A DNA stretch of 64,000 bases from an uncultured Chlamydiae bacterium (GCA_963713615.1 CAVQMM010000001.1:384001-448000); one strand, 5' to 3'. Counted from the first letter of the stretch, positions 37,806 through 49,510 are shown. The notes: a model not told the origin generated them from the letters alone. Numbers and translations are program-made.

Positions 37806-40800
37806 GGACATAGTTCTTGAAAGACCTTCTCTAATGCGCTTCCTGGGAAGTCGTTTTTGTTCGCGTCTTTCCACCTCAGGATCTGATTGAGGAATAGATC
37901 ACGCATTTTGGCAGCGTCATGTGTTTTTAGCCATTGCGTCAACAGGGGGATTTCGCTTTTGCTATAGTCGCTGCGGCCCCCAAGGAACTTGGCTTGGATC
38001 TTAAGTTTCATAAACTCGGGATTTGCCTCAAGCTCATCCTCTTGAATGCGCTCGCGCCCAGTTCGAACTAATCCTGTGCTGAGGTTGTACAGGCCCAAGC
38101 GTACCTCGCGTTTTTCTTGCATACTTGTTTTCCCATCTTGGGTTAGCATCGCATCGAACCATTTGGCGTCATTATGATCGAGCAGGAGGAGATCCAAAGC
38201 ATTGGATGCTTTATCCTGAATGACCAGCGCCCATTGGTTTTCCTTTTGGGATAGACCAAAGGGTGCAAAAGGAAGCTTATATGTTTCAACATGCTGATGA
38301 ATAGGCATTTGATTCAGGCTCACGAATAGATGATGTTTAAATGCCTGTGCCAGTTCAGGCTTCATACCTTTGGCTTCTAGACCTTCTGCCAGGCGAATAA
38401 GGGGACCGTTGGAGTTCCCTTTAAAAGGTTTATAACCGTAACTGTGGATATCTTTAGCGCTATTTGGGTCGAAGTAATCGCGTTGGAAAAGTTTGGGTCG
38501 TGGCCAGGTAAGCACTGGTAAGGCTGTATCCCATTTATCAAATTGATAGGACCGATCGGTTTCCGTTTCTGCTTCTACGTTGATTTCGGTTTCCTGTTCT
38601 TGCTGTGTTTCTACGGACACTTCATGTTCATATCCGCTGATGTGTTTCACAGTGTCTGGAAGATAGGGCAATTCTCTTTCCGCGAGTTCATGCAGGGCCG
38701 TTGCGATCGACTTGGTATTGGCATATGTGGCTAATGGAGTATGCTTTTTGAAGGCTTTGACGGCTTTACTGTCTAGTATATGCTGAATTTCCGACTCAAC
38801 AAAATCACGAGCTGCGATTTCCATATCTAGTTTCCCCATTCGCTGGAAGGGCATCTCTGGCATTTTCTTCTCAAAGAGATCTTTGACATCCATGTAGATA
38901 ACGGCAACCTGACTATTTGGTATGTTGAGATCGAGCAGTGCCTTGACCACATGACCGATGGGCAAGGCATGGAGCTTTTGTGACAACGAACGTTGGTTGT
39001 GGTCGCCTTGTCGGGTAGCTTCGTAATACTGCACATATAGAAGAACATCTTTCAGGGTAAGCATATTCCCCTTTGGGCGGCTGCCGATGGCTCCGAGAGT
39101 CTCCTTTATGGAATCATAGTCTTCTTGTGATACGGCAAAACTAACAACTTGGCCCTGACCCAATTGACGTAGGCGCCACACCGCCTGAAGAAGGTCTCGC
39201 AGGCTAGTATGACGACTCACCGTTACCACTGCCGTCATTGTTTGACTGAGTTTTAGATCGGAACCTGTGGTGTGTTTTTGATCCCAGTAGGCTATTAGAT
39301 GCTCTTTGGGATAGCTGTCAGTCAGGCGCTGCGGTGCATGGTTGCGCTCGACGACCCAGTGTTTATCATCCTCACCATAGTAGACCACACCGGTAATCGA
39401 GGTATTACCCCAGCAACTTTGATTTAGGATTTCGCGGGCGACGGCTTCATTAGACAGGCCGCGGAAGAGACCTGCGGTGTCGATTAGCGAACCGGGGGGA
39501 ATCTCTCGCTTTTGATAGATGATTTCTAGGTTTTTTTGGATCGCATTGTCGGATCTACTCGTTGCAGAGATGATGTCGACTTGGTGGGGACTTTCACTCC
39601 ATAACGTAAATAGGGTTTTTTCTGCGGTGTTAGATAGTTGGGCATCGCTAAAGGTTGGTGGATAGGTCTGAGCATTCCAAAGTGTGCCGCTAAAGCCTCG
39701 GATATCGTCAAAGAGGGCTTTATAAATCTGTGCATTGGTGCTGAGTTGAGTGTCATAGATGCGAATCTGTGGCAATACATGATATCGCAAGAGGCGCATC
39801 AGTAGCTTGGGGGTGGCGTTTACATGGGCGGTGACTATTTTCAGCTCTTCTGGTGTTAGTGTGAATAGGCCAATACTTTCGTTCGGACCGCGCATTTCTT
39901 TAAATAGTTCTAAGGCTGCGATGGAATGACTTCGGTTAGAGACCTTTTTACTTTTTTTGTTACCTGAAATGATGCCTTGGAGACGTGTGATTTCCAGTTG
40001 AACGACCTCTTCAGGCAGACCCTGCTCCAGATACATCTGGATGGTATAGTTAAGGATTTCGAGCTCATTACCAAACTGAGAGCCTATGGAGGGGCTGCCC
40101 AAGTGATAGGGAATTGCCAAATACTTTGTTTTAGGGTTCCTGTATTTAGGGTGCGAGGGGCCATAATGCATGTTTAGATAGCGTTTGGCTGTGAGGGGAA
40201 TTAAACGATTCAATTCCTCATATAACACTGTCACAATATTTCGAATCCGATCGTTCGGAAGCTTACCTATATCAAAGTCGCGGTTCTTTCCAAGAAGGTA
40301 GTTGGTGAGCTCTTGGTGTTCTGCGGGCTGAAGGGCTGCTAGAAACCTCAGCCAACCTTTTTCCTGTTTTCCTATAGAGCCGTCGAGGGCTTTTCGGATT
40401 AAAGTGGTTTTAATCCGGTCGCCGTACTGAAGGTCAGTAAAGGCCGGCGCCCCGGAGTGCTTGACAAAGCTAAAGGTGATTTGTTTCAAAATATAAGCAT
40501 GTGTAGTCATCTCTTCATAGAGATCACACACCACCCGGATGAGTTCTGTCTGTAAGGTTTGGCTTTCGCCCATGGCAAAATGATGAGATTTTAAAACATC
40601 AAAGACAAAGTCGACCTCGTCTACTGTTACGCTACTAGACGTTTTTAGTAGAGACAAGATCTGTCTGAATAGGGTAACTCCACTATCCAACTCGACCTTA
40701 TCCATGCTTTTACCATAGGCATCTAGCCAAACTAGGAAATTGAGGAAGATACTCTGTATTGTGGAATTGGTCATCATGACAACACGATGAGCATCTCTAG

Positions 40801-43800
40801 CGAATAGTAGGCGCTTGTGTAGGTTAGAGAGATCATCCGTTTTCAGGCGTCTTTGTCGGTTTAATGTGATCACTTCTACAGCTTGGTGAAAGCTACTGCC
40901 CAGATGCTTCTGAAGTTCTTCCGCTTTGGAGGCCAGCAGGGGTTCTGGCATCACTACAAGGGCGAGATTGTCTTGGTCGGTGAGCGCTTTACTAATCAGA
41001 GGTAAAAGAACGGCTGTTTTACCAGATCCCATAATCATTTCGAGAAGGGCTCCTAGGTAGCGTCCTTGGCTATTCCATTGGGAATTTTTTAGGTTATCAA
41101 GTCCATCTAATTGGGCGGGTCTTAGAAGAATTCCCATATAATATTCGAAGACGAGGTATTCAGGATGCGCGTCTACCTCATACTGGCGCTGAGCCTGAGC
41201 CTGTGTAGCAAATTCCTGGATTAGTGCATTGATTTCTTTGTCGTTCTTATTTTCGGTGAGCTGCTTTTCTAGCAGATAAAGCTGTGTGATGATGCGTTCC
41301 ACCTGCTGCAAATAAGTAGCCTCGATGAGGTATTGGAGGAGGTTCTGGCTGATATTACTGATCTGGTCTAGTGTTAACGACGCATTACGTTTATAGAGCT
41401 GTTCCGCATCTCGGTGTAGGAACCAGATGATAAGCTCATCTAAGGTGATCGCTTGGTTAGTGTCGCCAAGGAAATTCAGCCCCTGAAAAGCGTCTTTAGT
41501 TTTGTCTATAGGAGGTTGATTTGCTGCTTGAAGAATCTGTTTCTTGCGATAGGCTAAGGTGCGTTTTCCATGTCCTAGAGATTCGATTAGCTCCTGTCTT
41601 AACCTAGCCAGCTCGTCAGGGTGGGTTAAGGTGTAGTGATCCGTTAATGCCTCCGTAGCTGTAGCGTAGGCTGTGATGCGGTTGCGGAGCTGATCAAACG
41701 CGACTTGCGTGGATCCACGCAGCGAGGGAACATCAAGAGCCTTATCGAGGGCGAGAGCGGTCTTAGTAAGCTGAGAGAGTTGTTGTGCTGTGGCTGTTTT
41801 CTTGACGAGGTAGTTGTCTAGTTCCAGAACAATAGGATCTTTCAAAAGCTTGCCTTCAAGGAATAAACAAACCTGAAGTTGTAGGGTAGCCTGTGCTGGG
41901 CCCATGTCCCTTTTATAGGGGTCATTTGCCAGCTCTATGGCAGTACTAGTAGGTTTGTTGGATTCATTCGTGTTGGTTGTTACTGTTGGACGAATCTTCT
42001 TGATAACATCTTGTTGGGCCTGGTTAATCGGATCGCAATAATAGCGTGTTAGCCACTCTGTAGCTTTTTCTGCAGCCTCTGGGGAGGTTGATAGAGATGC
42101 TTGCAGATTTTTTTCTAGTTCCGCCGATGAAGGGAATTGACTGGGGAAATAGAGAACCGCTTCGAGGTGTTTTGCTAACGCAACTTCATCCTTTTCAGAG
42201 CCATCTGATGATGAATGACCTTGGATGATCCGTAGAATCAGGCCCAATTCGTTCTGGAGTTCTGTATGGGAGAGCGCAGAAGAATAGGTGATGCCGGTTA
42301 GACTGGATAATAGGGCCTTTTGTGCTGTGGAAGAGAGCTCCCCTTTGACCAGTTTGTATAGATCGATAAATTGGTGCCAAAGGGATCCTCTTAGAAGCTT
42401 TAAAGGATTCGTTTGTGAGGGCGCTTTGGAATGTTGGTAATGTTGCACTAACCAACGAGTCTGTATACGATAGTAGTTCAGCTCGGTGAATCCCGGCGTG
42501 TAGAGTGATGGTACATTTTGTTGTATCGGTTCCGTCTTTCCTTCCTTTTTCAGGGCAACAGCTTTGTCATCTATCCGCAGAGGCTGTAGGCTATTCAGGC
42601 GGTTTACAATTCGGCCTTTGGCAACTTGATCTTCCCAAAGTGGCTGGGTCAAGAGGTTCTCGATGATCAAAGCTTCTTCTTCTGGAAGTAGCCAACGGTC
42701 ATCTAAGTAGTCGGCGTTGTCTAGGTAGGATCGATAGGTACTGATGGGGTTTTCCAGGGTCAATGCATCGGCCCCAAAGTCGCGCATATGACGCAGGAGA
42801 AGGAAATGAGCTTGCAATCTTAGAGCTTGGGCACGAGGGTCCCCATCCTTGTTGTTTTTGCCAAGCGCAACAATCCATTGCAAAATGGTTAATTCATCAG
42901 CGGAAAAGTGGTTTAGCTGTGAGCCGTAGCTGCGTAAGAGAGCATTTGCGCTGTTATATTGGTGCTTCCATAGGTATACCAGGGCAAGATAGAGCCTGCC
43001 AGATTCGGATGAGGGGATAAGCTGGCCGTTATTTGGGTTAACATGGTAAACAAAATACTGGTGCTTTTTGATCCACTGTTCAGGTAATTCTCTGTTTGGA
43101 ATGGTTTGAGTAATTAAAGACCCTTGCTCTAGTTCCTGGAGGCTTTGAAAAGGAAACAGAATGAGTTGACGAGTGTCTAGGCGGTTCCGCTGTTTTTGTA
43201 GAATCAAATAGTGAGACACATCGCCAAGCTGGGGCAGTTGCTGGACAGGAGCCAGTGCATAGTGACCTAGGGCGGGAGCTACAAAGGTAAGGCGACCGCC
43301 GCGCTCTTCTACCTGAAAGTTTAAGTCAAAGCGTGGTAGTTCAATCGTACGCGGCTTGCCACCCGCTTTATCTACCCAAATCAGGGTGTAGGCAGGATCT
43401 TCAAAGCGCGAAAGCGTGGAAAAATTGGGGTCTTCTTTTTGTGGGTGATAGAGCACTAAGCCACTTGGCTGACCCTTTGCTGTAAGAAGGTGAATGTCTT
43501 TCATTTCACCATACCCTGTAAGATCTATGCGGTACCTGGGCTGGCTAGAGCCCACCGGCATGACCAGAACGTGTGGAGTGGGGCCAGCAGCATACCAGTG
43601 AAGATGTCCTAAGATCAACGCATGACTCTTGAGTTGCTTTAGAAGAGATTCACGTTCGATGAGTCTATACAGATTATCCTCTCGCTGTTGCTGCAGAATC
43701 ATCTTGCCACTACTGGGCTCTAGAAAGGCAAAATAGACGCCATTTGCTCCATGAAAGAAGTGGTAGATATCACCAGGGCTCTTAGAGGCAAGCATACGTT

Positions 43801-46800
43801 GGTTATCGCCAAAGACCTCTCTAAAGCTGCTGTGGTTAGTAATTTCTTCTGGGAGGAATCCTAGATCTCCAGCTTCAAAGATGCCTTCGACAGCGTTGAT
43901 GTGTATCCATGGAGAGCCTTCCCCTACGATGATTGGGAAAGTAGATGAGGTCCATCTAGAGGGTAGTTGCCAGTTGGGTAAAGGTTGGTTGGGTCTTAAG
44001 GTGGCATATACCTTATTGAGAACTTTACTGCCTTCTGTGGAATCCAAAATGCGTTTTAGCTCCGCACGGTGTGTACGTAGCAAATCCCGAAGTTCAATCT
44101 CCGCTTCAACCTGCCATGAATGCGCTTTTGGGATATATAGCTTATGGTAGATCACTCCAGTGAGCATTTCTGCAGCGGTGTCAGCCGTAAATGAGGAGGC
44201 GTTGACATAACAGCGTGCGAGGTCTCTGTAGATTAGGCTTTTTAATTCTTCGCTAAGGTGAGGAAGCGTTAGCAGGTTGCGTAACTCCTGCTTCATATCG
44301 AGGAAAGGAGAATTATATCCCGTTGGCAGAATTTTGAGATTGTGTGTGACATAGTCATTGAAGAGACGATTCATTTCTAGGAAGTAGGCTGCGGTATTAA
44401 TGTCCCCCAAATCGCGATAAAATTGGAACTGTTCCTGACAAAAAGCGGCTAATTGATCGAGAAGCCTTGCGGCACACTGCGGATCTTTGGAGAGTTCGGC
44501 AAAGAGCAGACCCGGCTCGAAGACTAACTGTTTAAAGAGCATTTGATAGGCCGGTTCCTTGAGATAGTGAGATCTCTGGTGAAAGTAGGCTATGGCTTGT
44601 AGTACCTGCAGTTCTTTGATGCTGCTTAGAAGTAAAAGCTCCCGCGTAGCTTGCAGGCCGAGATCGACGTTGAGATCCTTTTTTGGATCTTTTAGAATCA
44701 CGGCGTTTGGCTCAATGCGCTGTCGATGTGGTATTGACCCACTGGCAGGCCCAACAGTATCTAGCTTTTCTCGGTTGGTGTAAATATTTTCGATGGAGGC
44801 GTCTGGAAAAGCATCTTGTGCGCGCTCTAAGTGATAGGAGAGAGCTATACTGATTGGACTATATTGCGTTTTATCCTTGAAAGGCTGGATTTTGGGTTCT
44901 TCGGGGTTATCCTCATTTGTATAGTCGAAAAATGTAGTCCGAGCGTTCCAATGGAATATTTGGACATCTCTTATAGTAGTCACCCAGCGTTCACCAGGGT
45001 ATGAAATGCCGCGCCGGTAGTAGAACTGTTCGAAGGAAGTGGAAGGTGCCAATGAACCGCTCAGAAAGAAGTTGGTAATCCACGAGATGTCACGAACATC
45101 ATAAAATATTCGGGGAAGAATGTTCGGCCTATCACCATGAAGAACAGGTTTACCACTCGACGAATGGATATATTTATGATAAAAAAGTGCAAAAGCGGCT
45201 ATGTAGGACTCATTTTGACCTACAAGATCCGGATATTGCTGTTGTATTTTTGCACGTACCTCCGGTTTGTTGATCCATTCCTTAGCCCATTTGACATCTT
45301 GCCACGCAATTCCCCCATCCCAGGTTTGATAGTAGTCGCGGAAAATGTTCTCATGACGATCTGATTCAAAGATTCTGCGCTGGCCGTCAGATCTCATTTT
45401 GTTGGTCACCGTACCTGCTGGCAAGGCCTCGAAGCCGAAAAATGAGATCGGTCGTTGACTTCGCTGTTCCACAGGATCCACGGTATCCCAATGGTTTTTT
45501 ATTATCCGATATTGCTCATCCCACTCCGGATCATATAGCTGGAAAGGACTCCACGACTCATTTAAAAGCTCTTCAAGCTGCGGCTGAAATAGGCTGGGAA
45601 GCGTGACACCCGTTTGGCTTCTATATTGCCGTGTGATTTTGTCTATAAAGGTCAGTAACTTGACTTGTGCTAGATATTCCTTAGACTTCAACTGAAAAGT
45701 TCTTCGCGGATCAAGATTAACGGCTGTGAGCATAGCTCGCAGGTAATCTAGATTGAGTTTAGAGAGGGCTTCGATGATGCCTTCCACATGGACTGGAGGT
45801 AGTTCCTTCCATAGGACATCGGAATCAAGAAGGGGAAGAACAAGTGCAAGTTGATTAAATGCGTCAATCACATTCAAAAATTGTTTTTTTTCATTGGCGT
45901 TAGCAAAGAGTTTTTGATAGCTTTCAAGGTCCGTCAACAGCGTGCTAGCGCGAGGCTTCCATGAGCTCAGATCCAGTTCAACATAGGGTCCCGAGGAGTT
46001 AGCTACCTTATGGCTACTCACATCGATAGGCGCATTAAGGCTTAATGAGGAGCTATCAGAGACATAACCGTTCGCTAATGGCGTAAATCGGGGAGCTGTT
46101 AATGTCTGCCGGATAGCAGTCAAATGCTCCATCTCTAACAATTCAGCAGCGATTTGGTTCGCACGTGTATGGGCAAGCTGAAGCTCTTGGCTGTCAATCC
46201 ACCCCTTTTTATAGGCACGTGTGGTGATGGCTGCAAAGCTCTCCAGGCTTTTGCGGAGGAGGCGTTGCGAACGTTCTTCGTTTAACACATGGGCTCGGTT
46301 ACCTTTAAAGTAATCTCCTAGAGCCTTTAGTTGTGTTTCAAATTCAAAATGATTAAAGCTCGTGCTATCAGGAAAATGTTGTTGCAAAACAGCCGAAATA
46401 GATCTGTAGGCACAGATACCTGATCGCTGTGGTTCGATGACACTTTCCTTTTCGTAGAGGTGTGGGCTGGATCGGCCATTTAGCTGGGTCAAAATTGTTT
46501 CGTAGAGGTCTACTGGCTCCGCAGCTTTTGGAGTCCCTTCGGAAAGACTAAGCTCTTGTAAAGCTCGCAAAAAGGGCTTTGCAGTAATTTTTCTGTAGGT
46601 GACATCGAAGACTTCAATAAATGGTAGAACGAGTTCTTGCGTACCTATAAACGCGAAGGTATGATAGCCATTAATGGCTTCCCCTGTGTTGTAGAGACGA
46701 ACTCTATAGAGTGAATTGCTTTGTGCCATTACCTCCAAGGCTACAGTATGGCCAGGCCATCCGAGGGGTAAGAAGAAGCTCTGGCCTGGGGTAAGTGTTA

Positions 46801-48661
46801 GCAGGCGTTTGTTTATTGCAGCTTCAAATTTTTCAAATGTATCTCTGTAGGCTGCTAGAAGAGTCTTGGCATCGCTTAGTAGGGTCTCAAGATGCTTTAA
46901 TGTGGCTAACTCGGCGTTCAGTTGCCTCGGGTCTGCTGCCTTAGCTAAAAGAGCCCGTTTGGCAGCAATCATTGACCTTACGATACTCAGACGGAAGCTT
47001 AGCATATCTCCCGACCATGCCCCTTCTAGCTTGCTACCTGAGCCAAAAAAATCCCCTAAAACATGGAGTAATAATTTGTCGGACACTTCAATCTGCGTGG
47101 AATCTAGGAATTGCTCTAGCGGCTGCGAAGAGGGGCTGTTGTCTTGATCGATTGATTTGATGCCTGAACAACCCTTCGTGGAGCATGCCTTACTGTTTTT
47201 CTCGTAGGTGTCCGTATAGATTGACAGTTGTAACTTAAAGAGGTCTGTACCTGTTTTTAAGAGGGTTCTATTAGTAAGCGTTTCTATAGATGTCTCTAGG
47301 AGTGCAGGGAGGTTGGGAAAGTCTTCGCCAATATCATTTGCAGAAGTAAAGAGCGTATATAGGGGATCTGCAATATAAATGAGATGTTCTGTGATAGCGC
47401 GACTGCCGATCATTAGTCGCAAATGGGCTGTGATAGTCTTCCCTGTTATCTTAGCCTTATTCAGTTCAGTTAAGATTGTCTCTATGGCCACTTTGGGCTG
47501 TTCTAAGGAGATTCCTGGTGTCATAGAGTATAATTCGGCATAGCGTAACTTTTCATTCACATATGCCTTTACGCCAGGGACGCTTTCTTCAAGATCAGGA
47601 ACGATAATGCGGTGAAGAATTTCGAAGATGACGGCATCTTCCAAACGTGTGTAGGCTTGAATTTGTTTTCCGGTCATGCCCGGATGTGCCAATAGGGCAC
47701 ATTGTAGGGCAAAAAAATCTCCGAGAGTCAGTTTTTCGGGTAGGCGTTGGAAGAGCTCCTTGATCAACTTTGGTTTCAACGCTTTTGTTAGATTGCCAAA
47801 TTTGTTTTTTGCCCATTCTTGAAAGAATGGCTTATCCCACATCTCGGAAACAAGATCTTCTAGCAGTATTTCGGCCGTTGACCACTCAAGTGGTGATTTG
47901 GTCTTTTTTGCTGAATCATCATTATTTGCCGACGGTTCAGTTTTACGTTTGGCTTCAGCTGGTTTTTTGGAGTCTTCTTCGGCTTTACGTTTGTCTTCAG
48001 CTTGTTTTTTTTCGTTTTCTTCGGTGTTTGGTTTTTTTGAGTCAGTCTTAGTTGTCTTGATTTTTGCAAAGCCCTCTGGCGTGAAGGTATAACCTATGAG
48101 CAAACCGCTTGCTTTATCCATTGGAATGCTATCGACTAGATCATTCCAATTTTTCCATTGTCCTTTGAAGAAAATTTGAGGGGTTGAGAGTCGTCCAAGA
48201 CGTATCTGTAAACTGCTGTTGTGAAGCTTATTAGCTAAGATGAATCGTTCTAGGGTGGGAGTCTGTTCTAGGGACCAGACATCAAAATCATAGAAATTCG
48301 CCAAGGCCAATCGCCCCATTTTAATGCCATCCGCTGCCTTGTAGATTGGTAGAGCATAGTCAATGCATGCCTTAGCTAGGTGCTGATTTAACGTGTGTAC
48401 TTTCAGTAGTTCGTAAATAAAGGCAATGGCTTTTGGGTCTGGCTGGTTGTTTATGTTACTATTAATAATAACTTTCCATCCATTCAAGTCGTCAGTGACA
48501 CGAATTGTCTGTTGTCCGCTAAGCGCTTTGCACAGGATTTTTTGATTTTCTTCAGTGAGGGTTAAAGATTTATCGATCGTCAAAGTGTAAGGTGTCGCTG
48601 CCTCAAGTGCTAAACATGAGACGATAAAAAACAGACAAATAATTCTTGATATTGTTTTCAT
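37802..48661 (-). CDS. Giant 3619-aa protein with a signal peptide, a cysteine-protease-like motif and a DUF3638-type P-loop/SF2-helicase-like module
   Basis: MKTISRIICLFFIVSCLALEA signal; GHTVA..YNTG..QRSGIC; MGSGKT, VDEVD, GFSGT, TGSDLK and LLQAVWRLR. Confidence 0.8.
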   Translation of the reverse strand: MKTISRIICLFFIVSCLALEAATPYTLTIDKSLTLTEENQKILCKALSGQQTIRVTDDLNGWKVIINSNINNQPDPKAIAFIYELLKVHTLNQHLAKACIDYALPIYKAADGIKMGRLALANFYDFDVWSLEQTPTLERFILANKLHNSSLQIRLGRLSTPQIFFKGQWKNWNDLVDSIPMDKASGLLIGYTFTPEGFAKIKTTKTDSKKPNTEENEKKQAEDKRKAEEDSKKPAEAKRKTEPSANNDDSAKKTKSPLEWSTAEILLEDLVSEMWDKPFFQEWAKNKFGNLTKALKPKLIKELFQRLPEKLTLGDFFALQCALLAHPGMTGKQIQAYTRLEDAVIFEILHRIIVPDLEESVPGVKAYVNEKLRYAELYSMTPGISLEQPKVAIETILTELNKAKITGKTITAHLRLMIGSRAITEHLIYIADPLYTLFTSANDIGEDFPNLPALLETSIETLTNRTLLKTGTDLFKLQLSIYTDTYEKNSKACSTKGCSGIKSIDQDNSPSSQPLEQFLDSTQIEVSDKLLLHVLGDFFGSGSKLEGAWSGDMLSFRLSIVRSMIAAKRALLAKAADPRQLNAELATLKHLETLLSDAKTLLAAYRDTFEKFEAAINKRLLTLTPGQSFFLPLGWPGHTVALEVMAQSNSLYRVRLYNTGEAINGYHTFAFIGTQELVLPFIEVFDVTYRKITAKPFLRALQELSLSEGTPKAAEPVDLYETILTQLNGRSSPHLYEKESVIEPQRSGICAYRSISAVLQQHFPDSTSFNHFEFETQLKALGDYFKGNRAHVLNEERSQRLLRKSLESFAAITTRAYKKGWIDSQELQLAHTRANQIAAELLEMEHLTAIRQTLTAPRFTPLANGYVSDSSSLSLNAPIDVSSHKVANSSGPYVELDLSSWKPRASTLLTDLESYQKLFANANEKKQFLNVIDAFNQLALVLPLLDSDVLWKELPPVHVEGIIEALSKLNLDYLRAMLTAVNLDPRRTFQLKSKEYLAQVKLLTFIDKITRQYRSQTGVTLPSLFQPQLEELLNESWSPFQLYDPEWDEQYRIIKNHWDTVDPVEQRSQRPISFFGFEALPAGTVTNKMRSDGQRRIFESDRHENIFRDYYQTWDGGIAWQDVKWAKEWINKPEVRAKIQQQYPDLVGQNESYIAAFALFYHKYIHSSSGKPVLHGDRPNILPRIFYDVRDISWITNFFLSGSLAPSTSFEQFYYRRGISYPGERWVTTIRDVQIFHWNARTTFFDYTNEDNPEEPKIQPFKDKTQYSPISIALSYHLERAQDAFPDASIENIYTNREKLDTVGPASGSIPHRQRIEPNAVILKDPKKDLNVDLGLQATRELLLLSSIKELQVLQAIAYFHQRSHYLKEPAYQMLFKQLVFEPGLLFAELSKDPQCAARLLDQLAAFCQEQFQFYRDLGDINTAAYFLEMNRLFNDYVTHNLKILPTGYNSPFLDMKQELRNLLTLPHLSEELKSLIYRDLARCYVNASSFTADTAAEMLTGVIYHKLYIPKAHSWQVEAEIELRDLLRTHRAELKRILDSTEGSKVLNKVYATLRPNQPLPNWQLPSRWTSSTFPIIVGEGSPWIHINAVEGIFEAGDLGFLPEEITNHSSFREVFGDNQRMLASKSPGDIYHFFHGANGVYFAFLEPSSGKMILQQQREDNLYRLIERESLLKQLKSHALILGHLHWYAAGPTPHVLVMPVGSSQPRYRIDLTGYGEMKDIHLLTAKGQPSGLVLYHPQKEDPNFSTLSRFEDPAYTLIWVDKAGGKPRTIELPRFDLNFQVEERGGRLTFVAPALGHYALAPVQQLPQLGDVSHYLILQKQRNRLDTRQLILFPFQSLQELEQGSLITQTIPNRELPEQWIKKHQYFVYHVNPNNGQLIPSSESGRLYLALVYLWKHQYNSANALLRSYGSQLNHFSADELTILQWIVALGKNNKDGDPRAQALRLQAHFLLLRHMRDFGADALTLENPISTYRSYLDNADYLDDRWLLPEEEALIIENLLTQPLWEDQVAKGRIVNRLNSLQPLRIDDKAVALKKEGKTEPIQQNVPSLYTPGFTELNYYRIQTRWLVQHYQHSKAPSQTNPLKLLRGSLWHQFIDLYKLVKGELSSTAQKALLSSLTGITYSSALSHTELQNELGLILRIIQGHSSSDGSEKDEVALAKHLEAVLYFPSQFPSSAELEKNLQASLSTSPEAAEKATEWLTRYYCDPINQAQQDVIKKIRPTVTTNTNESNKPTSTAIELANDPYKRDMGPAQATLQLQVCLFLEGKLLKDPIVLELDNYLVKKTATAQQLSQLTKTALALDKALDVPSLRGSTQVAFDQLRNRITAYATATEALTDHYTLTHPDELARLRQELIESLGHGKRTLAYRKKQILQAANQPPIDKTKDAFQGLNFLGDTNQAITLDELIIWFLHRDAEQLYKRNASLTLDQISNISQNLLQYLIEATYLQQVERIITQLYLLEKQLTENKNDKEINALIQEFATQAQAQRQYEVDAHPEYLVFEYYMGILLRPAQLDGLDNLKNSQWNSQGRYLGALLEMIMGSGKTAVLLPLISKALTDQDNLALVVMPEPLLASKAEELQKHLGSSFHQAVEVITLNRQRRLKTDDLSNLHKRLLFARDAHRVVMMTNSTIQSIFLNFLVWLDAYGKSMDKVELDSGVTLFRQILSLLKTSSSVTVDEVDFVFDVLKSHHFAMGESQTLQTELIRVVCDLYEEMTTHAYILKQITFSFVKHSGAPAFTDLQYGDRIKTTLIRKALDGSIGKQEKGWLRFLAALQPAEHQELTNYLLGKNRDFDIGKLPNDRIRNIVTVLYEELNRLIPLTAKRYLNMHYGPSHPKYRNPKTKYLAIPYHLGSPSIGSQFGNELEILNYTIQMYLEQGLPEEVVQLEITRLQGIISGNKKSKKVSNRSHSIAALELFKEMRGPNESIGLFTLTPEELKIVTAHVNATPKLLMRLLRYHVLPQIRIYDTQLSTNAQIYKALFDDIRGFSGTLWNAQTYPPTFSDAQLSNTAEKTLFTLWSESPHQVDIISATSRSDNAIQKNLEIIYQKREIPPGSLIDTAGLFRGLSNEAVAREILNQSCWGNTSITGVVYYGEDDKHWVVERNHAPQRLTDSYPKEHLIAYWDQKHTTGSDLKLSQTMTAVVTVSRHTSLRDLLQAVWRLRQLGQGQVVSFAVSQEDYDSIKETLGAIGSRPKGNMLTLKDVLLYVQYYEATRQGDHNQRSLSQKLHALPIGHVVKALLDLNIPNSQVAVIYMDVKDLFEKKMPEMPFQRMGKLDMEIAARDFVESEIQHILDSKAVKAFKKHTPLATYANTKSIATALHELAERELPYLPDTVKHISGYEHEVSVETQQEQETEINVEAETETDRSYQFDKWDTALPVLTWPRPKLFQRDYFDPNSAKDIHSYGYKPFKGNSNGPLIRLAEGLEAKGMKPELAQAFKHHLFVSLNQMPIHQHVETYKLPFAPFGLSQKENQWALVIQDKASNALDLLLLDHNDAKWFDAMLTQDGKTSMQEKREVRLGLYNLSTGLVRTGRERIQEDELEANPEFMKLKIQAKFLGGRSDYSKSEIPLLTQWLKTHDAAKMRDLFLNQILRWKDANKNDFPGSALEKVFQELCP

Positions 48662-49510
48662 ATTTCCATGATTGTTTACTTAGCAAAAGTCCATAGCATA
48701 TCATAATTATTAATTTTTGTAAATCAGTTAAGGCGAAGTTTTTGTGTTATTAATTTTTATTAATTGAAGTGATTGAAGGGGATTGGCAATGTTTGACTTC
48801 GTCCATGATGTCCATTAGACCTATCCTACATATCATGCATATCCATGAATCATGTTTTTTTGTTTGCCGCGTCCATACTGTCCATATGAGGTAATTTCAG
48901 AAGTATTTGGGCCCTCATGGATCGATTCTTTGGAAAAAAATCACTGTTTTTTGTGAGAAGGCGATTCTAGAGAGCTTAAGTGGTATGGCACTATCCAGTC
49001 TGGAAAGACAGGCTTTTCTCCCTTCCCAGGCCCGAAGGGTCGATATTGCAACAGGCCATGGCATCGCCATGGTATATGCCAGGAAGGGATTTCGCAGTCT
49101 GAAGGACTGCTACAAGACGCCAGTTTACAAACACCATTTATGCATGCGCTTTATGGCAGCCCTACAGGCTGCTAAAACCGTTTTGGCATATACCATGGCG
49201 ATGCCCCATAGGCCTCAACCTAACAGGTCTTTTGAGCTTATATCTCAATGACTTAGGACTTCACAATCGTATCTCGGCGCGCAGCGCTTTGGAGTGCGGT
49301 CGCTTGCGACCGCTTTTCGTTCCTTGGGACGGCAATGCTAAACGGCATTGTATGGATTCGTCGAAGGCTGCATGTACTAACTATTTTACCCTTAGGGAAT
49401 TATAGTGATGCCGTTGCACACGACCGTCGCAAGGAACCCAAAGCGGTCGCAAGGTAAGCGTCAATTGAAGCCACCTTTTTCGTAATTCCGCGAGGTTCTA
49501 AGTTTTCTCC

